Positions 44,437-55,695 of a stretch of DNA of 64,000 bases are shown here, in pieces. Position 1 is the first letter of the stretch. Every line of letters starts with the position of its first letter. A program made the translations under genes and the position numbers. Origin of the DNA: Blastocladiella emersonii ATCC 22665 (taxonomy: Eukaryota > Fungi > Blastocladiomycota); contig JANHCV010000005.1 of the NCBI GenBank assembly GCA_025594325.1, positions 1,488,001 to 1,552,000 on the forward strand. The letters are read 5' to 3'. Under the pieces are notes generated by a model. It searched no databases. It had not been told where the DNA came from and saw only the letters and a list, made by a program, of their open reading frames with translations.

Positions 44437-44772
44437 TCGAACGCGTTGGCGGTGAGCGAACAGACAACTGTTTGCCCGGATCAGAGCGCTAGTGTTTGTT
44501 TTCGCGATTGACGAATACATATCTTGATGCCGATACGTATGGTCCCTCCGTCTTCCTTGTCACGACGTCCGCAGGTGACAGCACCAGATCCGCTTCGCTC
44601 GTCGCGTCGCGCGTCACGAAACGTCTTCTCTGACGCGTCGCGTTATCACGTGTGGAGGTTGAGACATTTTGTTTCAGCGCAGCTGACCCTCACGGACCAT
44701 CCAGCACGCGAGCAACTCGGAGAAGATAGTGTACAATTAGGGCACCCAGTCACAGGCGCCACCCTCCTAACC

Positions 44773-46302
44773 TCACTGCTTGGCCTCGTCTGCCATAGCG
44801 AGCTCGATACACTCGCGGAACCGCTTCATCCCCTCGCGCATCTGCTCGTCCGAGGCCGTCGAGTACGTCGCGCGGACGAGGTTGCACTCGGTGACGCCGG
44901 GGACAGCGTTCGGGAGGAACTCGAGGCCGGGGAGGAGGAGCACCTTGCGGTCCATGGCGTACTTGGAGATGAGGGCGCCGGCGTCGCGGATCCCGGGGAG
45001 GCGCATCCAGAGGAACATGCCGGCCTGCGGGACGTCGAGCTCGACGAGCCCGTCGCGCAGGAGCCCCGTGTCGTCCATGGCCTTGAGCATGGCGTCGCGG
45101 CGGCCGTGGTAGAAGGCGGCGACCTTGGCGGCGTGGGCGAGGAACCCGCGCGGGTCGTTGTTCCAGCGGTGGTGGGCGAGGGCGAGGAAGACGGCCTGCG
45201 AGAGGCCCGTGGGCTGGAGCGACGTGGCCTGGATGTCGAGGGCGATGCGGTCGACGAGCGGCTGCGGGCCGGTCACGAGGCCGAGGCGAAGGCCCGCCGA
45301 GACCACCTTGGAGAAGGACTCGAACCGCAGCACGCGGCCGTCCGTGTCCATGGACAGGTACGAGGGCACGAGCTGGCGGCGGAAGGCGTCGCCGAGATCG
45401 GCCTCAGCCGCCGCGTCAGTGAGCGGCGCCGTCAGCGCCGTCGGGCTAGCGGCGTCGGGGTGCACGTCCTTGACGAACTGCAGGTAGTAGTAGGGGTCGT
45501 CCTCGAGCAGGATCAGGTCGTGGCGCTGCAGGAGCGCGTAGATGGCCTTGCGGCGCTCGAGCGTGGCCATGGACCCGCTCGGGTTACCGCCCGACGGCAC
45601 CGTGTACAGCGCCTTGGGCAGCGGCGTGTCCTTGGGCCAGCCCGCGAGAATCTTCTCGAGCTCGGTGGGCACCAGGCCGTGCGCGTCGGTCGGCACCTCG
45701 ACGAGCTTGACGCCGTTGGCCTTGGCGAGCGGGCGCAGGATCGCGAGGGTGCCGACGTAGCACGGCGACTCGACGAGGATCGCCTCGCCGGGCGCGACGA
45801 GCGCGGCAATCGCCTTGGCCATGAGGTCCTGCGACCCGTTGGCGACGCACAGGGTGCGTGGGTGCGCGTGCGACTTGGGCGTGGGTCCGTGGACAGCCGT
45901 CTGCAGCTCGCCCAGGAACCGCTGCAGGTCCGGGTGGCCCGGCGTCGGCCCGTACTGCAGCGCGGCGCGCGTGGCGTCCTCGCCGAGGTTGATGACGGCG
46001 CCGTCCTTGAGCGTCAGCTGCACGTTGGCGACGGGGAAGGTGGCCGGGTTCGGCAGGCCGCCCGCCAGCGAGATCATGCCGGGCGCCGCCATCAGCGGCT
46101 GCAGCGCGCGGATCGCCGACGGCTTGCGCGCGAGGGACAGCGCCGTGAACCGCGGCGTGTAGTCGGTGATGGGCTTGGCGGTCTGCATGGTAGTGGTCGT
46201 CGTGGAGTACATGGCGGCCACAGCGGCAGCGGCGGGAGAGCGCGCAACGAGGCGGCCGGCGGCGGCACGGCGCGCGGCCAGCGAAGCGAGGTGCGGGAGC
46301 AT
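44773..46302 (-). CDS. PLP-dependent class I aminotransferase (2-aminoadipate/kynurenine/aromatic type), likely mitochondrial
   Basis: MISLAGGLPNP, ALQYGPTPG, SGGNPSG, EDDPYYYL and PLP lysine motif ESFSKVVSAGLRLG. Arg/Ala-rich presequence. Confidence 0.92.
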   Translation of the reverse strand: MLPHLASLAARRAAAGRLVARSPAAAAVAAMYSTTTTTMQTAKPITDYTPRFTALSLARKPSAIRALQPLMAAPGMISLAGGLPNPATFPVANVQLTLKDGAVINLGEDATRAALQYGPTPGHPDLQRFLGELQTAVHGPTPKSHAHPRTLCVANGSQDLMAKAIAALVAPGEAILVESPCYVGTLAILRPLAKANGVKLVEVPTDAHGLVPTELEKILAGWPKDTPLPKALYTVPSGGNPSGSMATLERRKAIYALLQRHDLILLEDDPYYYLQFVKDVHPDAASPTALTAPLTDAAAEADLGDAFRRQLVPSYLSMDTDGRVLRFESFSKVVSAGLRLGLVTGPQPLVDRIALDIQATSLQPTGLSQAVFLALAHHRWNNDPRGFLAHAAKVAAFYHGRRDAMLKAMDDTGLLRDGLVELDVPQAGMFLWMRLPGIRDAGALISKYAMDRKVLLLPGLEFLPNAVPGVTECNLVRATYSTASDEQMREGMKRFRECIELAMADEAKQ

Positions 46303-46690
46303 TGTGCAAGTCTACGCGCGGCGCGGTCATCCGTGAGAAATCAGGCCGTGGCGCAGCGTGGGAGTCGGCCGTCAGGTCAGGCTGGGAACCCATCGCATCG
46401 CGTCTCTATCAACTGGGCGATCTGCGGGCACCCGCCTGCCCGTTCGGGCGCACGCACACCTGGAAAGGGGAGAGCAATCGGCGGCAGTTGCAGGCGGTGG
46501 CCAGCTCTGACGGGGCACCCGGGGAGATGGATGGCGGAGAGCGGGCCCGTGATGCGATGGAGCGAGCCGGCGATGAAAAGACAACAGCGCAAGCCCCAGC
46601 GCCACTCGCGTGACGGTCACCCCATTTCCCGTCGCGTCTCGCACCTCGTCGACATCAACAGTACGAGTCGTTCATTATCATCATCGCCCA

Positions 46691-48411
46691 TCACTCGTGG
46701 CCGCCCAGGGCAAAGTAATCGCGCGCGAACGCGTACACGTCGTCGGGCTTCTTGACGAGCAGCGACCGCACGAAGTCGGCCAGCATCTCGCACAGCTCGG
46801 GCCGCCGCGCGAGCATCGCCTGCAGCTGGTCCTCCTCCTGGTTCTACACCCACCCGCACCATTCGCGTCAGTTACTACCATCGCCCGCCCACGCCCACCT
46901 CACCTCGAACGTACCTTGATCTCGTGGAACATACTCTGCAGCTCGATCTCGCCGCCGAAATCCGGCTGGTCGGCCGGGTGCGGCGCGTGCGTCTTCCCCC
47001 GTGCCGTCGCCGACGCGGTGCGGCCTGCGCCCACGACGGGCTCGGCCGTGAGCCCCGCGATCCCGGCGAACCGTGCGACCGCGACCAGGTCCGCCGCCGC
47101 GCTCGCGAGACCAAAGTACAGCTGCGTGCCATCGGCGAGGAGGCTGAGCGGCGAATCAGCAGCGGATTCGCGGACGACCTTGATCCCGACCAGCCGCCGC
47201 GCGCGACCGCCAATGACGTGCGTCGCGACCGGGTCCGACGTCAGCGTCACGGGCACCGCGCGCTGCGCCTCGTACGTGTGCGCCGGGAAGAATTCGGGGA
47301 CCGACAGCGCGTTCGACTCGAGGTGCATTGCGACCAGGAGCAGGAAGACGAGCTCGGAGCCTACGCGGGATGGTCAGAGCCGTGTGGAAGGGTTGGATGT
47401 GAAGGCGTACCGGAGAAGAGGAGGCCGGGACACGCGAGCTGGTCGACCACGACGGTGCTGGTGCTCTCGACTAGGTCCTCGCCGTCCTCGCCCGCACCGA
47501 TCGTCGACACCGTTTCCTCGATAATGTACTGCGGCTGCTGGCGGCGGCGGGGCACGGGAGCGGCAGCGGCAGAGTGTGGGGCGGACGGAGTCGTGGAGTT
47601 GCTCAACGACTCGAGGTCAGCGGTGGGCGCGTCATCGGGCTGCTGCTGCTCGGCCGACTCCTCGATCGACGCAACGTCGGGTGCGGGCTCGCTTGCGCCA
47701 GTCTCCGAGTCGGCGTCATGGGCCGCAGGCTCGGCGCTCTCGTCGACGAGCGCGGAATCGAGCTGCTCGCCCTGCTCGCCCAAACCCGCCGTCCGCCCCG
47801 CCGACCCGACACGCGACCCCGCCGCCGACGACGCCGCCGTCGACGCCGATTTCGGGCGACTGGACGCGGGCCGCGACCCCACCGCCGATGCCGGCCGGTG
47901 CCGCGCAGCCGTCGATCCAGCGCTCCCTGGCGCAGGCTGGTCGACAGCCCACACTTTGCGCGTGGTACGTGTCTTTCCCACGGTCGTGATGCGCGTCTCG
48001 AGGAGCGTGTCGAGGTGGCACGACACGTGGGCGACGACCTGGACCGAGCGGCGCGGGGCCGCGGGCTCGAGCCCGGACTGGCTGCGCTGGCGCAGCGAGA
48101 GCGTGGCCATGACGAGGTAGCACGGCAGCTCGGCGACGGCGGCTTCGCCGATCTCGAGCGTGAACTTGCCTGCCGTGGTTGAGGGGGCGGCACGCGGGTC
48201 GTGGACTTCGGTCGTCCAGTACGTCTGCAGGACCGAGGGCACGAGCGTCGTGTCTGCGCACTAGGGTTAGAATGTAGCCAAGTGGGCGTAGCGGGAGGAG
48301 AGCCGTACCGAGCTCGTGCAGCAGCTCGGCCGTCACGTCCGACAGCTCGCACCGGACATTGTCGGCCTTGGGAAACCCGCCGAGCGGCGGCGTTGGCGGT
48401 GTCGCGTCCAT
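46691..48411 (-). CDS. CATIP: CATIP-like ciliogenesis protein with C-terminal RIIa-type docking domain, 4 exons
   Basis: The last exon LARRPELCEMLADFVRSLLVKKPDDVYAFARDYF is an RIIa/DD-type motif as in CATIP. The preceding exons are beta-rich and joined by GTACGG/GTACGC/GTACGT introns. Confidence 0.65.
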
Positions 48412-48653
48412 GTGTTTACGTTGCACAGAGTGTGTTCTGTTAGTCGGGGAAATCTCCAGAGTGGTGAGGAGAGCAGCCGAGTCTCGACCAGGCGAGGGAC
48501 GACGCGTCGCGCGCCGCGTCGCTCAATCAGCGTGACCGCGTTTCGCCTTGCGACCTCGGCACGCTCACGACCCGTCACTCAACCAAGCAAGAGCTCAAGT
48601 AGTAGTAGCTATATACAGTCTCTCTCACGATTCACAACAGTCCAATCAATCAC

Positions 48654-51600
48654 TTACACCTCCTCGCTCTCATCCATCTCGGCCGTCTTGATCACCGTCG
48701 GCTTGCCCTGGGCGAGCGGGTCGTACGGCATGGGCGCGTAGACGCCGTGGAACCCGAACGGGACGACCCGCCCGGTGTTCATCGACGCGCGGCCGATCTC
48801 CTTGAACGTGCGGGCGTCGAGGACCAGAAGGAACGTCTGGCGCGCGTTCCCGTCGAGCACGACGCTGAGCACGACCGCGTCATCTTCGGCGCCCGTCCCA
48901 CCGGCCTCGCGCGGCCGCGGCACGACGACGGGCTCGCTCGGGTAGCACCCGGGGACGCGCCACTCGACGGCGGCGCGCGTGCGCACGTTGATCTTGACGA
49001 GGGCCTCGAACGGCATGCGGGCGGACGCCACGACGCAGAAGGCGAACTGGTAGTCGGCGCGCCGGAAGTAGTCCGGGTGGATCACGGGGAGCTCGGGGCC
49101 GGGCCCGCTGCGGATGTCGTAGGTCGCGCGCGGGTACCCGGACCCGCCGGGCCCGGGCGTCGCGGACGCGGCCACCGCAGGGTCGCCGCTCGGCCACATC
49201 CACCCGGCCATGGCCTGCCACCACCGGTACGTCGACGCGCCGAGCGCGGACCGGCTCGCCACGGTGCGCACGCCGCGCAGCGTGTACCGGCGAAGGTGGC
49301 TCGCCTCGAAGTCGGTCGTGCCCGACCGGAACTTGTCGAGGTACATCTCCTGGATGTTGCTCGGCGACCGGTACGCGCACAGGTCGATGACGATGTCAAT
49401 GTCCTCGTCGACGGGCTCGGCGCCGCCGTCAGCTGCCGCCGCATCCGCTGCATCCGCGGTCGCCGACGTGCGCTTGTACACGACGTCGTACGCGTTGATG
49501 GTGTGAAAGACAAAGAACGGGTCGGCCTGGTACGTGGCGACGTGGCGCTTGGACGCGCGGTCGATGACGTACATGTAGACGGGGACGTGCTCGTGCCACT
49601 CGAGGGCGCTGGCGACCGTGTGGGTGAAGACGATCGGGATCCCGCCCATGGACCAGTAGTACGGGCAGCAGATGAGAATGATGTACCGCTGCGTGACGGC
49701 GAAGCTGTGCATGTACGACGCGCGGCGCGTGCGCAGCGTGCACACGACCTCGCCGCCCTTCGGGTGCGCCGCGTTCACCGTGAAGACGTGCGTGCTGATC
49801 ACCGGTCCCGGGTCCTGCAGGAAGTTGATGTACTCGCCCGTCGTCGTGTCGTAGTGCTCGTGCGCCGACGTCATGATCCCGACGAACTTGGGGTTCATCT
49901 TCGTGTACGCCGTGTACCCGCGCGGCTGTAGCGTCTCGGCGTCCAGCTCCTGCAGGATGTTGGCGTCCGTCTTGGCCAGCAGGATCTGCCGCCACTCGCC
50001 GTTGCCCGTGTCGTCCGTGCCCGGGCGCGGGTACCGCACGGGGAACCCGGGCGTCACCGACACGTTGACGTTGAACTCGGTCGGGATCGCCAGCGAGATG
50101 GTGAAGAACTTTTTGAACATGCTCTTGCACGGGTCCTGCGACTGGGCTACACACACACGTTCGCGCGCGCGAAAGTGTCAGCTCGAGTCCATCACCGCGA
50201 TCTCACCCGAAGAAAACGTACCAAACGACAGCGGCAGCGCGCCCGTAGTCTTCATGACCGACTCCTGGGTCTCGGACGTGAACCGGTTACGGTAAAAGAC
50301 CTGGCCACCGCGCACCTCGAACCGGTGCAGGAGGCTGAACCCGTCGAACCAGTGGTCGATAGCGACGACGCGACCGTCGCCCTCGCTCGACGGCAGCTCG
50401 GTCTCGACCTCGAACTTGCCCGGCCCGCACCGGTAGAAGACGCCCGACACCCAGTCGGGGATGTTGCCCTCGACCTGCAGCGCGAGCGGGGTGAGCACCT
50501 CGGCGCACTCGCTGAACCCGAGCAGGCAGCCCTCGGGGAACTCGGCCGCGGACTCGAACGACGCGATGCTGCCGAGCTCGGACGACTCGGAGCACGACCC
50601 GTTCTTGAGCAGCGCGGCCCCGCCCGACGACGACGTCCCCGAAACCCCCGGCTCGGGCGACTTGCTCGACCGCCGCCCGACGCCGCCGCCGCTGACCGAA
50701 ATCGACTTGCGCGGGCTCTGGAAGATGCTCATGCGGTGCGACGACCTGCGGCGCGCGGACTCGGCGGGCGACGCGGGGACCGACGGCGGCACCACGGCGT
50801 CGTTGGTGCTGAGCCCCTCGAGCGTGATGGCCCCGTTGCGCACCGTGACGGACGCGCGGCGGCTCGGCACCACGCCCGCGGTACTGCGCGCGAGCGGGCC
50901 CGCCATCCCGACCGTCGGGATCCCCGGGTGCGCGAACGACGACCGCCGCCGCTGCGGCGCGCTCGGCGGCGGCGTCGGGGTGACCGACTGCGGCGACGTC
51001 CCCGCCGCGCTGCCGGACCCGCGCCGCGACGATGCCGATGAGGAACCGAGCGCGGCGGCCGCGAGCAGGCGCGACAGGAGGCCGGGCGACGGCGCGCCCG
51101 TGGCGGCGTCGGTCTCAGCAGCGGACGGCGGCGGGCGCGGCGTGTTGGCCTGGGTCGACGGCGACCGCGACCGCACGGGCGTCGTGGTGGTTGTCGCGGC
51201 CGTGGGCATCGGTGGCGGCATCTCGACCGGCTCGCCGTCCTCCTCGGCGACGCGGTCGAGCGAGCCCGACAGCTGGTCCGACGCCTGCGCGGACCCCGCG
51301 GCCGCGGGCGTCGCGGCCCCGCTGACGTCCTTGATGAGCGACTGGCGGCGGAGCGCGGTCAGGAGCGAGAAGACGGACGACCGCTTGTGCTCTGCCGACG
51401 GCTTGCGGGCACCGCCCACGCCCGCGCCGGCGGACGGCGGTGGGACACTGAGCGACTCGCCGCTCGGCTGCGCGAGCGAGACGCCCGACTTGTCGGTGGC
51501 GGCGGGGGTCGAGGCGGCGGTGGGCGACTCGAGCTTCCAGGTGCCCTTGACGGCGCGCACGGGCGACGGGTCCGTCAGCGTGTCGCCGAGCATGGCGGCC

Positions 51601-51962
51601 GTGTCGCGCGCGAGCTCGGCCGCGGACCGGTCGGCGCCGTCCGTGTTGGCGACGCGGATCACATTCTTGGTCGTGTCGTTGCTGGTGGTAGTGCGGGCGA
51701 AGGCGAGCTGCTTGAGCGCGGCGTGCCCGTTGGCGGAGCCCGCGTTGCCCGAGTCCTGGAGCTGCGGGGTCGGGCTGTCGTCGAGGACCGCGGCGGCGCC
51801 GTCGAGCTCGAAGATGTGGTCCGCGTCCTCGGTCTCCTCGGGGATCGGGATCGACGCCGGGTCGACGGGCGCCGAGACCGAGTGGAAGATGGCCGGATCG
51901 ATGCCGAGCGAGTACGACTCGCGGCGGAACGGGTTCCGCGTCCCGGGCGTGAAGCTGGTCAT
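48654..51962 (-). CDS. Carotenoid cleavage oxygenase (RPE65/BCO family) with long low-complexity N-terminal extension, 2 exons
   Basis: VEGNIPDWVSGVFYRCGPG, HWFDG, TDAN, iron ligands SAH / YMHSF / FHTINAY / PFGFHG, ELPVI and YPSEP. One intron at about 50153-50222. Confidence 0.93.
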
Positions 51963-52730
51963 CGGTGGCAGGTTGTTCTTCTTTGTCGTTGTTGGCGGGA
52001 GCGAAATGAAATGAATGTGGATCGGATCACAAGCGAGGGGATAGGGGCGAGCAGCCCGCGCGGATCGAGGCGGCGTGCGTGCGTGTGTGGAGGAAGAGCA
52101 AACGGCCCACGCGGCGCGCCCCGCGCACCTTATGAGGTCGCGCGCGCCGCGGGGGCGCGGGTCCCATGGTCAAGGCGCGAGGGGGGCGAAGGTGCGCTCC
52201 GCGCTCTCCCAGAGTCTCCGCGACGCGGACGCGGGGCGAGGAGCCGATGTCAGGAGAAGGTCGCCGCGGAGGCGCGCCGCGTGAAAACGGGCACGACGTG
52301 TCATGGTTGCATGGGATGACGTTGCATGGAGTGTGCTGGCTGTCAGAGCGAGGAGTGGGGAGAAACGAGGGGGAGGCGCGGGCGCTGGGCGAAGGAAGGG
52401 AACGCCGATTGGTCTCGCGACGACGCCGTTTCAGCCACACTGGCGCGCCGACGCGTCGACCTCGCCCTCCGTTCGTCCGCTGGTCGCGCGGGGCCACGGC
52501 TGTACTGTGGCCCAGGGAGACGGTAGACGGTCACAACACGAGGACTGAACCCTGCTGCTCGAAGCGTCGTACCGCTGGGCCCCGTTTGATGCGAAAGTCG
52601 CCCCAGCGCGTTGCGGTGGTGATGTTGGTGGTTCTTCGCAGTCCGCAGTCCGCCTCCCACCCACGAGGCCATCCTGTTCATATCAACCACTTATTATATT
52701 TGCGCAAGGTCGGAGATTCGGCCGGTACAA

Positions 52731-54512
52731 CTAGAGCGTAAAAATGGAAAGCAGCGGAGACGCGGCTGCGCGGATCTCCGCCATCATGTCCTGCGAGATC
52801 GGGATCCCGGCCAGCTCGAGCGCGCGAAGGCGCGGAGGCATGTGGGCAATCAGCGCACGAAGGCCGTCGTCGGTGATCGGGTTCTTTCTCAGTTCAAGCT
52901 TGGAGAGTGAGTCGGGGAGCGCCGGCGCGAGTAGTGCCATGGCTGCCGCGTTGAGCATGCTGTTATCGAGGCCAAGGGAATCGAGTAACGGCGGCATATG
53001 CCGAGCAAGCAGGCGTGCCCCTGCAGGCCCCACCTTGGCGTCGCTGAGTTCGAGAAGCGTGAGCGAGCGTGGGAGCCGGGGGAACAAGCGCGCAACGGCC
53101 GTGTGCGACAAGGAGCAGGAGTGAAGGATGAGCTCCTTGAGGCCAGGAGGAAGGTTGTCGGCTAGCGCGAATGCAGCTTGGTCCTCGACTTGGTTGAAGC
53201 CGAAGCGAAGACGCTGCAGTGGATGCGGGAGCACAGAAAAGAGTAGCGCTGCGTCTGCACACGGCATCCCGCTCGCGGTTGCTTCGAGCACGGTCAATGC
53301 TGGCGGGAGCGATGCGGCAAGCGATTGCGCACCGCATGAGCCGAGTCGTGTCCTCGTGAGCAGCAGTTCCTTCATCAAGGATGGAAATGTCCAGGGCGGA
53401 GACGGGTCATCCAGGTTGTTGTCGTCAAGATAAAGCTGCTTGAGAGTGGCTGGGAGAAGCGGTCCCACTGCGGCGAGGCCGGTGATCTTGTTATCAATCA
53501 GGGTTATGGTGGTGATTCCACATGGGACGGGAAGGGCGCGAACGAGAGCGAGCAGCGCGGCGTCATCGAGCGAGCAAACAGGAACGTTGAGAGACTCGAG
53601 GGAAGCAGGGAGACTAGGGATTAGCCAGTCAATGAGCTCGGGAGAAAGCGGGTTGCGCCGGATGACTAGCGTGCGGAGCTGTGAAGGCCACGACACTGGG
53701 CTGGCGGGGCGAGACCGCTGGCCGAGTGTCAGCCAGAGCCCGTCCAGTTCAAGCTTCGTCACGGTCGCAGGTAACCGCAGCGCGAGCAGCCGAGGGAGGT
53801 CGATAGTGCAGTCCTTGAACGCGATTTCGGACACGCGACTCTGCGCTTCAGCCGCCATAAAAGCATTGAGCGCGAGAATCCCACTGTGCGATATGGCAGC
53901 GTCGGTGAATGAGATCCGTGGAGTAGATGTCGACTCGGTTCCCTGGACCAAAGCGTGGATGGCCGCGTCCACGCACTGCGGCTCGCTAAAGCCCTAAAAC
54001 GAGCCCACGCATGAACACAGGTTAGTGTCGACTACCGGTCAGGTAGAATCAAGGCAAAAACGTACCACGAAGATCTCCTCGTCGTCGTCATCCTCGTCGT
54101 CACCGTCGCCATCCTCGTAGCAGTTTTCGCCAAGACCGAGCGCGACGCGAGCGTCAGTTGACCAATGAACCTCCTCGGTGACGCGGAGCGCGCCCGAGTC
54201 GCGCCAAAACTCGAGCGCGGTCAAGAAGCGTCCGCGGATTGCAAGATCGAGAGCCTTGGTTGAGCACCCGAGCGGGAGGCCGAACGACGCCCACTTCTGC
54301 AAGACCGCGGTTCGACCATGAGCTGTCGCCGTGTCGAGTGAAAGCGCCGGGGAGCAAAGAAGAATGGCCCGCTGGACGCGAGGAATGAGATGCTGACGCG
54401 CGACGCGCGAGTACTGAAGCAGGCCAGCGACATCGTTCGGGTCGTCGTGGAGCCACACGGCTTCGACGAGGATGGCCTCGATCACTTTAGGGGCATAAAT
54501 GAAGCTGAACAT
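52731..54512 (-). CDS. Ank-LRR family paralogue P7 (divergent, long LRR form, intact, 2 exons)
   Basis: MFSFIYAPKVIEAILVEAV, SLDTATAHG and LEFWRDSG, then an acidic linker. About ten 27-28-aa LRRs (LPxxLxxLxLxxNxxxxxxxxxLxxxLP). Confidence 0.85.
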
Positions 54513-54726
54513 CGTATTGCATCAAGTTTACATGGCTGACATCGAGCGACAGGCGAAGGAGCAGAGCAGCGACGAAGGGCCGCGGCGGCCGCGGCGACGG
54601 CGGGCAGCGTAGGTGAGTGGCGCAGCGCCATCGCGTGACCTCACTTGATGCGTTGCGGGGCGAGCGGGGTGCACGAGACGCTGGCGGGACGCCCGCGGCG
54701 GCAAGCTGGCGCAGCGAGAACGTGGA

Positions 54727-55695
54727 ATGGAACGCGAAAAGAAGCCGCGAAAGAGTGTGTTTCAGAGCTCGCAAACGATCGCGTGTTCAGTTCCCAGTGA
54801 AAACGACTGTAAGAGGGGCATAGTCGACGACCGTAAGCCGCGCGATCCGGCCGCCGCCGGTGCTGCCCCTGTCGCGCCGCTGCCGCTGGACTTCGTCTCC
54901 GCAAGCGGGTCGCGTGCATCGGTGAACCGGTGCTTCAACGGCGCGGATTTCAAGATGGCCATCACGTCATTCGCCGCCCTCCTCGGCGCGCCGACGCAGG
55001 AGGATGTTAGCAAGCTCGAGTCGCTTTTCCTCAACGAGTCGGTCTTCTCGAATCACGGCAGCAGCCGCGCGGGCCACGGCGGGGCCGTCCAAGTCGTCCG
55101 CATGGACGTGGTCCCTCGCGCGGGCTCGGAGGACACTAAGCGCACTGGCGCTGGGCTCCGGCTCCTTGTCGAAAGCTTCGCGTTTGCTGAGTGCGGCGGC
55201 AGTATCAACCGCTTGCGTGCCACTGATCCGCTGCCACCATCCCCGTCTCCGGCGCCACGGCGCCAGATCCTGATCGTGCACTTCAAGGTCTGTGAGGGCA
55301 ACTTGGCAGCGTAAGAGACGCTCCTCGCGTACGACGCGGTCGTCCACCAGGCTCTCGAGACGTGGGACCTCGCGCGCGAGCACGCGGCTCCCGTGGCGGT
55401 CGAGGCGGCCCGTAACAAGGCGCTCCAGTTTGCGTTTGCCAAGGTTCAGCGCGCGCACGGCAAGCTGAACCAGGGCTTCACGCGCCAGGGCAAGCCCATC
55501 ATAGCCGACCACGGCCAAGATCTACCTGTGGCGGCCTGCGCCGGGCACCATGGAGAAGATCATGAAGATGCAGCAGGAAGCCATGGCGCTCACCACGTAG
55601 CACGCTGCGGCGCGGATCGCTGCTGCGACTGCCTATGCCAAGGTCACCCGGATCCGCGAGTCCATCAAAGCGGGCGCAAAGCGCGGCCGCCATGA
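54727..55695 (+). pseudogene. Unknown degenerate gene between P7 and P8
   Basis: The frame continues through TAA (55312), a frameshift near 55500 and a TAG near 55595, with GC3-rich helical codons. It abuts the truncated end of P8. Confidence 0.45.

Noticed and set aside
44456-44493. Hairpin (GCGAACAG-ACAA-CTGTTTGC) followed by CTAG|T after P6, suggesting Helitron-mediated spread of Ank-LRR genes
   Set aside because: The stem is imperfect and no equivalent end was found after P1, P3, P4 or P5. Likely chance, though a genome-wide check is cheap.
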